DNA from: an uncultured cyanobacterium
GTDB taxonomy: Bacteria > Cyanobacteriota > Cyanobacteriia > Pseudanabaenales > Pseudanabaenaceae
Direction of reading: 5' to 3'
Length of the DNA stretch: 64,000 nucleotides
Assembly (NCBI GenBank): GCA_963703315.1
Contig: OY969811.1
Coordinates: forward strand, 1,952,001-2,016,000
The translations under genes were made by a program, and so were the position numbers. The notes beneath the pieces are model-generated. The model did no database searches. It saw only the letters and a program-made list of their open reading frames with translations, and was not told the DNA's origin. Shown here piece after piece: positions 18,515-28,431 of the stretch (position 1 is the stretch's first letter; each line of letters begins with the position of its first letter).

Positions 18515-21500
18515 ATGCTGAGTTCCATTATTAAATGGGCGATCGCCCGCCGTTGGTTGGTGATTGTCGGAGCGATGATTCTTAGTATTTGGATATTTCG
18601 TACAATCGTCCAAATGCCTTTGGATGTGTTCCCCCCCTTTGCACCACCGCAAGTCGAAATCCAAACCGAAGCCGCAGGATTAGCGCCCGAAGAAGTGGAA
18701 TCACTGGTGACATTGCCCATTGAGAGCGCAATTAATGGCACGGCTGGCGTTAGTGCGGTGCGTTCTTCGAGTGCAGCTAGTATCTCAGTTGTGCGTGTAA
18801 TTTTTAATTGGGGAACTGATATTTATCAAGCTAGACAGTTAGTAACGGAGCGATTACAGGCGGCTCGGAGTAAATTACCAGCATCGGTGGAGACTCCACA
18901 AATTGCGCCTATTAGTTCGCCAATTGGCACAATTCTTACCTATGCATTCACATCGAAAAATAATGACTTAATGGAAACGCGGCGACTTGTGGATTGGCAA
19001 GTCACTAACCGACTGTTAGCAGTGCCAGGAGTGGCGCAGGTCATTGTTTTTGGTGGGGATGTGCGTCAATATCAAGTGCTGGTTGCTCCTGAAAAATTAC
19101 AAGCCTTTAATGTCTCACTTCAAGATGTATCGGATGCAGTGGCGGCGGCAAATGTGAATGCTGCGGGGGGATATTTGATTACGCCCGATCGCGAAAAATT
19201 GATTCGCGGTATTGGGCGCATTGAGGATATTGAGGCTCTCAAACAATCAGTAATTAAGGCTCGTAACGGTGTGCCTGTAAGAATTAGCGATATTGCCGAT
19301 GTAAAAATTGGGGCGGCGGTGAAGCGTGGTGATGCCAGTGTCAACACTCAGAAAGCAGTAGTAGCAATCATCAATAAACAGCCGCAAGCGGATACGCCCA
19401 CCGTCACCCGTGCTGTAGAAGCTGCCATGAATGAGTTAAAAGTGGGACTGCCCACAAGTATTCAAGTGGAAACTACTTTCCGTCAAGAGGCTTACATTGA
19501 TGCATCGATTGAAAATGTCAAGGAAGCCTTAATCGAAGGCAGTATTATTGTGGCTCTGGTTTTGATTCCGTTTTTGATGAATTGGCGGAACTTAGCCGTA
19601 TGTTTAGCAGCTTTGCCTTTATCTTTGTTGATCGGCGTGTTAGCCCTCAACTGGCTAGGACAAGGCTTAAACACGATGACCTTGGGTGGTTTAGCGGTGG
19701 CGATCGGTTCGGCGGTGGATGATGCGATCGTTGATGCCGAAAATGTTTACCGATGTCTCCGTGAAAATAAACATTCTGATCATCCCCGCCCCGTTTTAGA
19801 AGTGGTTTTTGATGGCTGTCAGGAAGTCCGCGATTCGGTATTTGGAGCCACGATTATCACGATTGTCGTCTTTTCGCCGATCTTTGCGCTCACGGGTGTG
19901 GAGGGTAGTATTTTTATTCCGATGGGTTTGGGTTATTTAGCCGCAGTATTAGCATCTAGCTTTGTGGCGCTCACGGTTACGCCTGCGCTCTGTGCAATTT
20001 TGCTACCCTACGGACATTTACCCGAACGGGAACCTTGGGTAGCACGATTTTTCAAAAAACTATATTTACCGCTCATCAAATTTGCGATGCGCCGATCGCA
20101 GATTATTATTGGTCTTGCGGCGGCAAGCATACTACTATCCGCGATCGTTGTGCCATCCTTCGGGCGCATCTTTTTACCAGAATTTCAAGAGCAGTCTCTA
20201 GTTAACACATTACTGCTCTATCCTGGCTCATCTTTAGAGGCAACTAATAGCGCAGGCTCAGTCCTAGAGAATAAACTGAAAGACAATCCTAACTTCCGTA
20301 ATATTCAAGTGCGATCGGGGAGAGCAGAAGGGGATGCCGATGCCGCAGGGGTGAACTTAGCGCACGTCGATGTGGAGTTGAGTGAAGTTGGCATGAAGGA
20401 TCGCAGAGCCAGTATTGATTTATTGCGTCAGGAGTTTGGAAAAGTAATTGGCGCGGCTCCGAATGTGGGTGGATTTATTTCGCATCGCATGGATGAAGTG
20501 TTATCAGGGGTAAGAAGCGCGATCGCTGTCAAAATATTTGGTGCTGATTTAGCGCAACTGCGGATACTTGGACAGCAGGTAAATGATGTAATGCGATCGG
20601 TTGAAGGTGTAGTCGATCTACAACTGGAACCGCAAATTCCTGTGGAACAAGTTCAGATTAAATTCGATCGCATGGCGGCGGCAAGGTATGGATTAACGAT
20701 TGGGAAACTTTCGGAAACGATTGAAACGGCTCTGAATGGAAAGGTAGTTTCTCAAGTTTTAGAGCAGCAGCAAACTTTCGATCTGGTCGTATGGCTGAAG
20801 CCAGAAGCCCGTCAAAGCTTAAATGCGATCGGTAATTTAATGGTTGATACATCTGATGGTAATAAAATTCCATTAGCTCAAGTTGCCACACTGATCGATG
20901 GGAAGGGAGCCAATACAATTAACCGCGAGAATGTCTCTCGATTGCTAGTGGTTGCAGCCAATGCACAGGGGCGAGATTTGCGATCTGTGGTCAGTGATAT
21001 TCAGGCAAAAGTCAAAGCCCAGATCCAAATCCCTACGGGTTATTACATTCAATATGCAGGACAATTTGAAGCGGAAGGGAGAGCATCTCAAAATATTGTG
21101 CTGTTTAGCGCGATCGCCTTTGTTGCCATCACCGTAATCATGTATCTTTCGGTGAAATCCGTCGCCTCCACAGTGATGATTATGATTAATTTACCTTTAG
21201 CCTTAGTGGGCGGCGTGATTGCTGTCGCCCTAACGGGAGGAGTTTTGTCGATCGCTTCATTAGTCGGATTTGTGACCTTATTTGGGGTTGCTACTCGCAA
21301 TGGTTTATTGTTAGTCGATAACTACAACACCAAATTTGCATCGGGAATGCCCCTAAGAGACTTGTTGATTCAAGGCTCAATGGAACGACTTAACGCGATT
21401 CTGATGACTGCATTTACTTCAGCATTAGGCTTAGCGCCGCTAGTGGTAGCGGGTGGTGCTGGGAAGGAGTTATTACAACCATTATCGATTGTCGTTCTGG

Positions 21501-21637
21501 GTGGGCTGTTCACATCTACCGCCTTAACCTTACTGGTTTTACCAGCTTTGTATTCCCAGTTTGGGAAGTACCTCATTCCCAAACCAACTTGCCCTCATCC
21601 CCCAGCCCCTTCTCCCAGAACGGGAGAAAGGGAGTAA
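18515..21637 (+). CDS. CusA/CzcA/NrsA-family heavy-metal RND permease
   Basis: MPLDVFP..PPQVEIQTEA, AIGSAVDDAIVDAENV, ERLNAILMT. Confidence 0.95.
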   Translation: MLSSIIKWAIARRWLVIVGAMILSIWIFRTIVQMPLDVFPPFAPPQVEIQTEAAGLAPEEVESLVTLPIESAINGTAGVSAVRSSSAASISVVRVIFNWGTDIYQARQLVTERLQAARSKLPASVETPQIAPISSPIGTILTYAFTSKNNDLMETRRLVDWQVTNRLLAVPGVAQVIVFGGDVRQYQVLVAPEKLQAFNVSLQDVSDAVAAANVNAAGGYLITPDREKLIRGIGRIEDIEALKQSVIKARNGVPVRISDIADVKIGAAVKRGDASVNTQKAVVAIINKQPQADTPTVTRAVEAAMNELKVGLPTSIQVETTFRQEAYIDASIENVKEALIEGSIIVALVLIPFLMNWRNLAVCLAALPLSLLIGVLALNWLGQGLNTMTLGGLAVAIGSAVDDAIVDAENVYRCLRENKHSDHPRPVLEVVFDGCQEVRDSVFGATIITIVVFSPIFALTGVEGSIFIPMGLGYLAAVLASSFVALTVTPALCAILLPYGHLPEREPWVARFFKKLYLPLIKFAMRRSQIIIGLAAASILLSAIVVPSFGRIFLPEFQEQSLVNTLLLYPGSSLEATNSAGSVLENKLKDNPNFRNIQVRSGRAEGDADAAGVNLAHVDVELSEVGMKDRRASIDLLRQEFGKVIGAAPNVGGFISHRMDEVLSGVRSAIAVKIFGADLAQLRILGQQVNDVMRSVEGVVDLQLEPQIPVEQVQIKFDRMAAARYGLTIGKLSETIETALNGKVVSQVLEQQQTFDLVVWLKPEARQSLNAIGNLMVDTSDGNKIPLAQVATLIDGKGANTINRENVSRLLVVAANAQGRDLRSVVSDIQAKVKAQIQIPTGYYIQYAGQFEAEGRASQNIVLFSAIAFVAITVIMYLSVKSVASTVMIMINLPLALVGGVIAVALTGGVLSIASLVGFVTLFGVATRNGLLLVDNYNTKFASGMPLRDLLIQGSMERLNAILMTAFTSALGLAPLVVAGGAGKELLQPLSIVVLGGLFTSTALTLLVLPALYSQFGKYLIPKPTCPHPPAPSPRTGERE

Positions 21638-21691
21638 GAAAATCCTCTTGTTCCCCTCTCCCAAAAAGGGAGAGGGGCTAGGGGTGAGGGG
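21592..21691. repeat. CCCTCAnCCCC...GGGGTGAGGG cyanobacterial palindromic repeat; supplies the permease stop codon
   Basis: Nested inverted repeats; related copy at 26900-27086. Confidence 0.7.
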
Positions 21692-21744
21692 CTTAGCAAT
21701 TTCTGCGTAAGTCCAAACTTTCTAAATAAAACCCAAGGAAATCT

Positions 21745-22233
21745 ATGCAATTATTTCAATCGATTCTTCTCAGCTTGGCTAGTTTAGCTGTACTAGCAGC
21801 TTGTAGTAACAACACTCCAACTACAAGCTCAACAACTGCAACTACGGTAGCTAAAGTTGAGACAGCCCAAGCAAATTCTACGCCTAGCGCGACAAAATCT
21901 GAAACTAAGCATGGCGCTCCTCAACAAGGAGGACAGGTGATTGAGTCGGGAATCTATCATTTAGAGTTGGTTATCGCACCTGAAGAGAATGGCATTCATT
22001 TGGATTTCTTTTTGCAAAAAGGTGACACCCATGAAGCAATTCCCGATGCTAAAGTAACGGCACAAGTTCATTTGCCTGACGGGACTCAAAAGAATTTAGA
22101 TCTAGCCTATGATGCTCCTGCCAAGCACTATGGAGTAAACCTATCAGGCAAAGCAAAGGGTGAGTATAAAGTGGTGATTTTGTCAGATATTAAAGGGGAA
22201 AAGGTCAACGGACGATTTAACTTTAAGTTGTAG
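21745..22233 (+). CDS. Lipoprotein associated with the metal efflux locus
   Basis: Lipobox LAAC; GGQVIESGIYHLEL; Ig-like C-terminal part. Confidence 0.75.
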   Translation: MQLFQSILLSLASLAVLAACSNNTPTTSSTTATTVAKVETAQANSTPSATKSETKHGAPQQGGQVIESGIYHLELVIAPEENGIHLDFFLQKGDTHEAIPDAKVTAQVHLPDGTQKNLDLAYDAPAKHYGVNLSGKAKGEYKVVILSDIKGEKVNGRFNFKL

Positions 22234-22290
22234 GCAGTTCTTTTACTGCGCGTCCTTAAGCATTTCTTTTGTTATGCTAATTTCTCATTT

Positions 22291-22338
22291 TGTAGTGATT
22301 CTAGCGGAATTACCCGAAGTTTTTGTATACAGTATACA
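22291..22338 (+). promoter_or_regulatory. Degenerate NtcA site (GTA-N8-AGC), N22, -10 TACAGT overlapped by the TGTATACAGTATACA operator
   Basis: Same geometry as the hpxO-like promoter. Confidence 0.65.
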
Positions 22339-22379
22339 ATACATAGAATTTATATTTCAAATAACTCAAGCAAGACATT

Positions 22380-23819
22380 ATGGATGCGGAAAAGGAACTT
22401 ACCCTAGATGATCAATTTGCCGACAAAGTTGAAGATGCTTCAGCAGTCGGTAAGTCTGAACTCATCTATGGTCTAAATGATAAGCCCCCAGTTGTCGAAG
22501 CGATTTTTGTGGCTTTCCAGCACGTTCTCGCTGCTTTTGTTGGCATTATCACGCCGCCAATCATTATCTGTACCACTCTCGGACTAGATGCCGCGAATAC
22601 TAGCTATTTAATTAGTATGTCGCTCTTCGCTTCGGGAATCTGCACTTATATCCAATGTAAAAAGATTGGTCCCGTTGGTTCAGGTTTGCTGAGTTTGCAA
22701 GGAACCAGTTTTGCTTTCCTTGCACCTATTTTAGGTGTAGGAACTGTTGCGATCCAAAAAGGGAGTTCTCCAGAGCAAGCTTTGGCTTTGATTTTTGGAG
22801 TTTGTTTATTTGGCTCTTTTGTAGAAATTATTTTGAGTCAATTTTTACATCTCCTAGATAAAATCATTACTCCAGTTGTTTCTGGAACGGTCGTGATGAT
22901 TATTGGTCTAGGATTGATTAAAACTGGGATGATCAGCTTAGCTGGTGGTGCTGTCGCTCTAGCCCAAAAAGATGGTTCCTTTGGGAGCTTTCAAAATCTG
23001 GCTCTTGGTGGTACTGTCCTTTTGATTGTGCTGACCCTAACCCTTTCTAGGAATCGCTTTTTGAGGATGGGCGCGATCGCGATCGGGTTGGCAGTTGGCT
23101 TTATCATTTCTTTGTTCCTTGGTATTGTAGATTTTAGTTCTCTAAGTCAACTTCCTTTCTTTAGGATTCCAGTACCTCTTCGTTATGGGATCAGCTTTGA
23201 TTTTGGAGCCTTCCTACCATTCATCCTGCTCTATGTTTTAACAGCGATCGAAACCGTTGGTGATTTGACAGCAACTTCGGCAGTATCTGGAGAACCAGTC
23301 AAAGGCGGTGTGTATGTTCGCCGTATTAAGGGGGGTGTTCTTGGAGATGGGATTAACTCATTGATTGCTGCGTTTCTCAACACATTTCCTAACACTACCT
23401 TTAGTCAAAACAATGGTGTTATCCAAATGACAGGTGTAGGTAGTCGTTATGTCGGATTCTTTGTAGCTGGCATTTTTGCGATCTTGGGACTGTTGCCTGT
23501 TATTGGTGGTGTATTTCAAACTATTCCCCAACCTGTTTTGGGTGGTGCAACTCTAGTTATGTTTGGCTCGATCGCTGTGTCTGGTTTAAATATCGTCGTA
23601 TCAGCAGGACTAGATCGCCGTTCGATTATCATCGTTGCAGTATCTCTTGGCTTAGGCTTAGGTGTGGTATTTGTGCCTGAAGTTTTTGCAGATAAACCCG
23701 CAATTTTTAATAATCTGTTTGGTTCTGCGATCTCTACAGGTGGTTTAACCGCTATCCTTTTGAGTTGGCTATTACCTAGGTTCGATGAAGAAGTTGCTGT
23801 TCAAGAAAATCTTTCTTAA
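22380..23819 (+). CDS. NCS2/NAT nucleobase permease, xanthine (XanQ/XanP) type
   Basis: FQH in TM1; NAT signature QNNGVIQMTG as in XanQ. Confidence 0.9.
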   Translation: MDAEKELTLDDQFADKVEDASAVGKSELIYGLNDKPPVVEAIFVAFQHVLAAFVGIITPPIIICTTLGLDAANTSYLISMSLFASGICTYIQCKKIGPVGSGLLSLQGTSFAFLAPILGVGTVAIQKGSSPEQALALIFGVCLFGSFVEIILSQFLHLLDKIITPVVSGTVVMIIGLGLIKTGMISLAGGAVALAQKDGSFGSFQNLALGGTVLLIVLTLTLSRNRFLRMGAIAIGLAVGFIISLFLGIVDFSSLSQLPFFRIPVPLRYGISFDFGAFLPFILLYVLTAIETVGDLTATSAVSGEPVKGGVYVRRIKGGVLGDGINSLIAAFLNTFPNTTFSQNNGVIQMTGVGSRYVGFFVAGIFAILGLLPVIGGVFQTIPQPVLGGATLVMFGSIAVSGLNIVVSAGLDRRSIIIVAVSLGLGLGVVFVPEVFADKPAIFNNLFGSAISTGGLTAILLSWLLPRFDEEVAVQENLS

Positions 23820-23832
23820 ATACTATTTCTTG

Positions 23833-23867
23833 AATAAAAAAGCCTCGCTACGCGAGGCTTTTTTATT
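23833..23867. terminator. Bidirectional intrinsic terminator between convergent genes
   Basis: AATAAAAAAGCCTCGC-TAC-GCGAGGCTTTTTTATT. Confidence 0.8.
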
Positions 23868-24555
23868 TTCTGATCAGCACTAAGGTTCCATTAAATAGAA
23901 GTACCATCAATCCTAAAGTAGCTAAAACTATGATTGTACCGATTAGATTTTTCTGGCGTGATATTCTCACATAAGCAGGTTGCAACCAAAAGCTTAATCT
24001 TTGAGAGATAACGGGCATTACCACAAAACTCAAAACTGTGGAAGTAATTAAGTTATTTACAATCATGGAGTTTGCTAGTGACCAAGATTGCATTAGATTA
24101 AAGATGGAAAAGGCGATCGCCTGTATCATCACCACAGGATAAAGACCTAAAACCACTGCTAAAATCTGCTTCCAACGTGGAGGTCCTAGCCCTTTATATT
24201 CCGCACTGCCTGCCTGCATCGAGAACCAACCCTCTAAGCCAGTCGTAAAAGACTTAAATCGATAGGCAGAAAATATTTCCTGTCCAGATTCTAATAATTG
24301 CTGGCGATCGCTTGATTCCATCCATTGATTAAGATTTTCAGGCGAATCAAAATGCATAATGTAATACCACTTCACAACGGGGTCTTTACACTTAAGTGGT
24401 GGACATAGATCACACCGCAGAAACCCGTCATATTTCCTTGAGATCTCAACTAAATGATTGTGCCATCTTTTAAAAGCAAAATCTCTCCCTTTTGGGACAA
24501 TATGTTCAGTGACTAGACTGGAGTAAAAAAGCTGCTCTAAGGGAGTATTTTTCAT
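23863..24555 (-). CDS. ABM-like (antibiotic biosynthesis monooxygenase) domain plus membrane domain protein
   Basis: FDSPENLNQWMESSDR, TGLEGWF, PPRWKQ, VVMP motifs. Confidence 0.8.
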   Translation of the reverse strand: MKNTPLEQLFYSSLVTEHIVPKGRDFAFKRWHNHLVEISRKYDGFLRCDLCPPLKCKDPVVKWYYIMHFDSPENLNQWMESSDRQQLLESGQEIFSAYRFKSFTTGLEGWFSMQAGSAEYKGLGPPRWKQILAVVLGLYPVVMIQAIAFSIFNLMQSWSLANSMIVNNLITSTVLSFVVMPVISQRLSFWLQPAYVRISRQKNLIGTIIVLATLGLMVLLFNGTLVLIRK

Positions 24556-24759
24556 AACTGATAACTCGCACAGACTTTGACATTAAACCAATATTTCCAT
24601 TGCTAAAGTGTTGCTCAGCAACACTTTAGCAATGGAAATAAATGGAAATATTGTGTTTCACAGTCTAGTGAAGTACAGGTTGGTTAGTACAAACTAAAAA
24701 ACCAGAAGTCGCGTTGCGGCGCTCCGCGCCGCAACGCGACTTCTGGTTTTTTGTCCTAA

Positions 24760-25263
24760 TTACTGTTCTACAGATGCAACTGTTTTAGGCGTATAAAATG
24801 ACATTGCACCCACGATGGGAATAGTCGAAGGACAACCTTGTGTCTTAAACCAAACCCGTTTACCTGATGCTAAGCCCTGTGTCGCAAGCCTTTCAGAGAT
24901 TACACAATCACTAAGGGTGTCATGGAGTGCAAAAGTATTGACATTGAGTAAGCTAGGGCTTGCCACATCTAGATATTTATCGCGATAAATGCCTTGCACA
25001 ATATTCCGATTGTAGAGACTTGCGGAAGAACCTACTTGAAGGTTGTACTTCTCAAACATCCAATTAGGAACATAGTAATTGTTCGATGTGCCTGTTATGT
25101 TTTTGAAGGTAACGATATTACCAGCAATCTTTTCTATTGTCTGAGGAGAGGTATTATCGATATATTCATCAGCAGTTTGAGCATTGGCTGATATCGCGAA
25201 TGCTGTGGTGGCGATCGCCACTGAACAAATAGTAAGAATTGAGTTTAGAATAAATTTTTGCAT
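24760..25263 (-). CDS. Exported hypothetical protein
   Basis: Signal peptide ending ANA. Confidence 0.65.
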   Translation of the reverse strand: MQKFILNSILTICSVAIATTAFAISANAQTADEYIDNTSPQTIEKIAGNIVTFKNITGTSNNYYVPNWMFEKYNLQVGSSASLYNRNIVQGIYRDKYLDVASPSLLNVNTFALHDTLSDCVISERLATQGLASGKRVWFKTQGCPSTIPIVGAMSFYTPKTVASVEQ

Positions 25264-25340
25264 AGCCTTTATCTTTCCTAAAGATATATTCCTAAAGAGA
25301 TAATTATTGAACTAGGTAATAGTTCTTCTGTTACTCTTTA

Positions 25341-25400
25341 AGAATTACAGAACTATGGTTGATTTAAGATATAAGTTGATTGATTACAGTACAAAACTTA
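25341..25400 (-). promoter_or_regulatory. Island promoter motif, copy A
   Basis: rc: ATCAATCAA CTTATATC TTAAATCAA ccatagttc TGt AATTCT. Confidence 0.65.
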
Positions 25401-25518
25401 TCTAGACATGAACGATTGCAATGATTTTAGATCATAAGTATCTCAGCATAACTAAAGAGCTTGTAATGCCTGTTTAGCAAGCAATATAAGCTTCTAGATT
25501 TTAAGTTTACTTACGTCT

Positions 25519-25625
25519 AGCTACAAACTGTTGAGGCTTAAAGTAGTCCAGAGAAATTATTAAAAGTGTGGCAAAGTCGTATTTTTAATAATTTCTCTGG
25601 ATTTCAAATCAGCGTAAAGTGCTAT
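25519..25625. repeat. MITE-like palindromic element; same family at 35176-35284, fragment near 38868-38905
   Basis: Shared ends (AGCnCTTTnCGCT..AAAnCCAGAGAA / AAGnCTCAAnAG) around a central hairpin. Confidence 0.55.
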
Positions 25626-25828
25626 GCTTAATGCCCAAATCAAAAGATTAATAGAGATTATTACTCTTATCAAGTTTTGATGCATTCTTATACAACTCAA
25701 ATAACTTAGAGATTTAGATATACATCATCTCAAACATCCCTCGGTTATGGTCTTCTTAGTAAGATCAAAACTTTTAGACACAGCCGTGATAATCGCCTGT
25801 GATAAAAGTTATAGACAGGAGATTCACA

Positions 25829-26899
25829 ATGAGAATAGCCCAAGTTTCACCACTATGGGAACAGGTTCCTCCCCCCGCTTATGGCGGCACTGAACTTGTA
25901 GTCAGTTTACTCACCGAAGAACTAGTCAAGCGTGGTCATGAGGTCACTCTATTTGCTTCGGGAGACTCCACAACTGCTGCCAAATTAGAATCTGTACATC
26001 CCAGAGCTTTACGTTTAGATACTAATGTTACAGATCCAAATATCTACGATATGCTCAATATGAGCCGAGTCTATGAGAATGCGGATCAATTTGATATTAT
26101 TCATTCCCATGTTGGTTGTGTGGCATTACCTTATGCGAATTTAGTCAAAACACCTACAGCTCATACATTACATGGCATCTTCACACCTGACAATGAGAAA
26201 CTATTTACTCATGTACGGAAGCAACCCTTCATCAGTATTTCTAATTCTCAAAGGGATACAAGATTAGGCTTAAACTATGTAGCCACAATTTATAACGGTA
26301 TTGATCCTAATACCTATAGCTTTTATCCTCAGCCAGAACATCCACCGTATCTGGCTTTTTTGGGTCGAATATCGCCTGAAAAGGGAGCGCATTTAGCGAT
26401 CGAGATTGCGAAACGTTCGGGATGGCATCTGAAGATGGCTGGAAAAGTTGACGCTGTGGACGTGGAATATTTTGAAACTCAAATTCGCCCCCATATTGAT
26501 GGCGAACAAATCGAATTCCTCGGTGAAGCTAATCATCAACAAAAAAGTATTCTTATGGGTGGAGCTGTTGCTACGCTCTTCCCAATTACATGGAAGGAAC
26601 CTTTTGGACTGGTGATGATTGAATCAATGGTCACAGGTACGCCTGTAATCGCCATGAGTTTAGGCTCTGCACCTGAAGTGATTGCTCATGGAGTAAGTGG
26701 GTTTCTCTGCCAGAACGTCACTGAATGTGTAGATGCGATCGCCCCTGCTACCCAGTTAGATCGGCGTGCTTGTCGCGATCATGTCCTGATGAATTTCACT
26801 GCGAAACGAATGGCAGATGGCTATGAAGCGGTGTATCAGAAGATTTTGGGAGAGAAATATTCTCGAAATGGACAAAAGCGCGATTTGGTAATGCAATAG
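25829..26899 (+). CDS. Glycosyltransferase family 4
   Basis: MRIAQVSPLWEQVPPPAYGGTE, GRISPEKG, EPFGLVMIES; AGGAG RBS before 25829. Confidence 0.9.
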   Translation: MRIAQVSPLWEQVPPPAYGGTELVVSLLTEELVKRGHEVTLFASGDSTTAAKLESVHPRALRLDTNVTDPNIYDMLNMSRVYENADQFDIIHSHVGCVALPYANLVKTPTAHTLHGIFTPDNEKLFTHVRKQPFISISNSQRDTRLGLNYVATIYNGIDPNTYSFYPQPEHPPYLAFLGRISPEKGAHLAIEIAKRSGWHLKMAGKVDAVDVEYFETQIRPHIDGEQIEFLGEANHQQKSILMGGAVATLFPITWKEPFGLVMIESMVTGTPVIAMSLGSAPEVIAHGVSGFLCQNVTECVDAIAPATQLDRRACRDHVLMNFTAKRMADGYEAVYQKILGEKYSRNGQKRDLVMQ

Positions 26900-27086
26900 C
26901 CCTCACCCCCTATTCCCGTCTCCTAATGGGAGATGGGGCGTAGGAAAATTTTTCCCTTCTCCCATTAGTTGCTCAAGATCCCCCCAGCCCCCCCTTAAAA
27001 AGGGGGGAGAATTATCTTCTTCCCCCTTTTTAAGGGGGATTGAGGGGGATCTACACTCTCAAACATAGATAGAGGAGCTAGAGGAG
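26900..27086. repeat. CCCTCACCCC repeat with a nested GATCCCCC..CCCCTTAAAAAGGGG element (26976-27052)
   Basis: The inner element recurs at 56923-56992. Confidence 0.65.
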
Positions 27087-27126
27087 CTAAAAGAGAGGGA
27101 CTGAATAATAAAAAAGGAGAAATATT

Positions 27127-28422
27127 ATGTTGAGTTTAAATAGACAGGCGATCGCCCTCATTTCTGACCATGCTGATCCTGCGGCGGATGTGGGATGCGA
27201 AGAAGCAGGTGGACAAAATGTATATGTGCGCCATGTGGGCGAAACCCTTGCAGCACTCGGTTGGCAAGTGGATATGTTTACGCGCAAAGTTCATGCTAGT
27301 GATGAGGCGATCGTGCAGCATTCACCGCATTGTCGAACAATCCGACTTAAAGCAGGAGCAGAAGCCTATATTCCTAGAGATAGATTATTTGAACATATGC
27401 CAGAGTTTGTGCATTCATTTCAATCTTTTCAAAGGACTCAGGGCATAAATTATCCCTTAATCCATACAAATTATTGGCTATCGGCTTGGGCTGGGCTGGA
27501 ATTACAAAAAACTAGCGGTATCCAATTGGTGCATACCTATCACTCTTTAGGAGCCGTGAAATATCAAGCTCTGGCGGAGATTCCACAAGTTGCCAATACT
27601 CGTCTCAGGGTTGAGCGAGAGATTTTAGAACGCGCTAATTGTGTGGTGGCAACTAGTCCTCAAGAACAGGAAACTTTGCGATCGCTTGTGTCAACTCGTG
27701 GACAAATTGAAGTTATTCCTTGCGGAACAGATACCAACAACTTTCGGATGACATCAAAGGCTCATGCTCGTAGCAAATTGAAATTAGGTATCCATGAGAA
27801 AGTGATTCTTTATGTTGGTAGATTTGATGAACGGAAAGGGATTGAGACTTTGGTGAGAGCCTTCGCAATCCTAAAGAAACATGATCTGCAAAATCTCAAA
27901 CTGATTATTGTTGGCGGTAGTTCTGCAAATATGCCCGATGGTGATGAGAGGAAAAGAATTGAACATATTGTTTCTGAACTAGGGCTAACCAATGCTACGG
28001 TTTTTGCGGGTCGAATTGGGCATGATATTTTACCGCTTTACTATACTGCGGCTGATGTTTGCGTGATTCCCAGTTACTATGAACCCTTTGGCTTAGTGGC
28101 GATCGAGGCAATGGCTTGTGGTGTGCCTGTGGTTGCCTCGAATGTGGGTGGCTTGAAGTTCACGATCATTCCTGAAGAAACGGGTCTATTAGTTGAGCCA
28201 AAAGATGTCGAAGCTTTTGCTAATGGTATTCATCGGATTCTCTTTGATGAGTTATGGGTGCGAAAAATGCGGAAGCAAGCATCGGCAAATGTGAATCAGC
28301 GATTTAGTTGGGCAGGAGTCACGATTCAACTGAGTGAACTCTATCGTCATGTATTAGCGCGATCGATTATGCATGAACAAGCTTGGAGTTACAAGATGCC
28401 AAGCATCAATAGATCTGCATAG
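27127..28422 (+). CDS. GT4 glycosyltransferase, sucrose-phosphate synthase-like (GT domain only)
   Basis: IALISDHADPAADVGCEEAGGQNVYV, IHTNYWLS, HTYHSLG, GRFDERKG, EPFGLVAIEA. Confidence 0.75.
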   Translation: MLSLNRQAIALISDHADPAADVGCEEAGGQNVYVRHVGETLAALGWQVDMFTRKVHASDEAIVQHSPHCRTIRLKAGAEAYIPRDRLFEHMPEFVHSFQSFQRTQGINYPLIHTNYWLSAWAGLELQKTSGIQLVHTYHSLGAVKYQALAEIPQVANTRLRVEREILERANCVVATSPQEQETLRSLVSTRGQIEVIPCGTDTNNFRMTSKAHARSKLKLGIHEKVILYVGRFDERKGIETLVRAFAILKKHDLQNLKLIIVGGSSANMPDGDERKRIEHIVSELGLTNATVFAGRIGHDILPLYYTAADVCVIPSYYEPFGLVAIEAMACGVPVVASNVGGLKFTIIPEETGLLVEPKDVEAFANGIHRILFDELWVRKMRKQASANVNQRFSWAGVTIQLSELYRHVLARSIMHEQAWSYKMPSINRSA

Positions 28423-28431
28423 AATGAAACC

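Noticed and set aside
6326..21716. GACTTACGCA (about 6327) and TGCGTAAGTC (about 21706) as ends of a composite transposon
   Set aside because: Only about 10 bp, a common cyanobacterial repeat end; no transposase or target duplication
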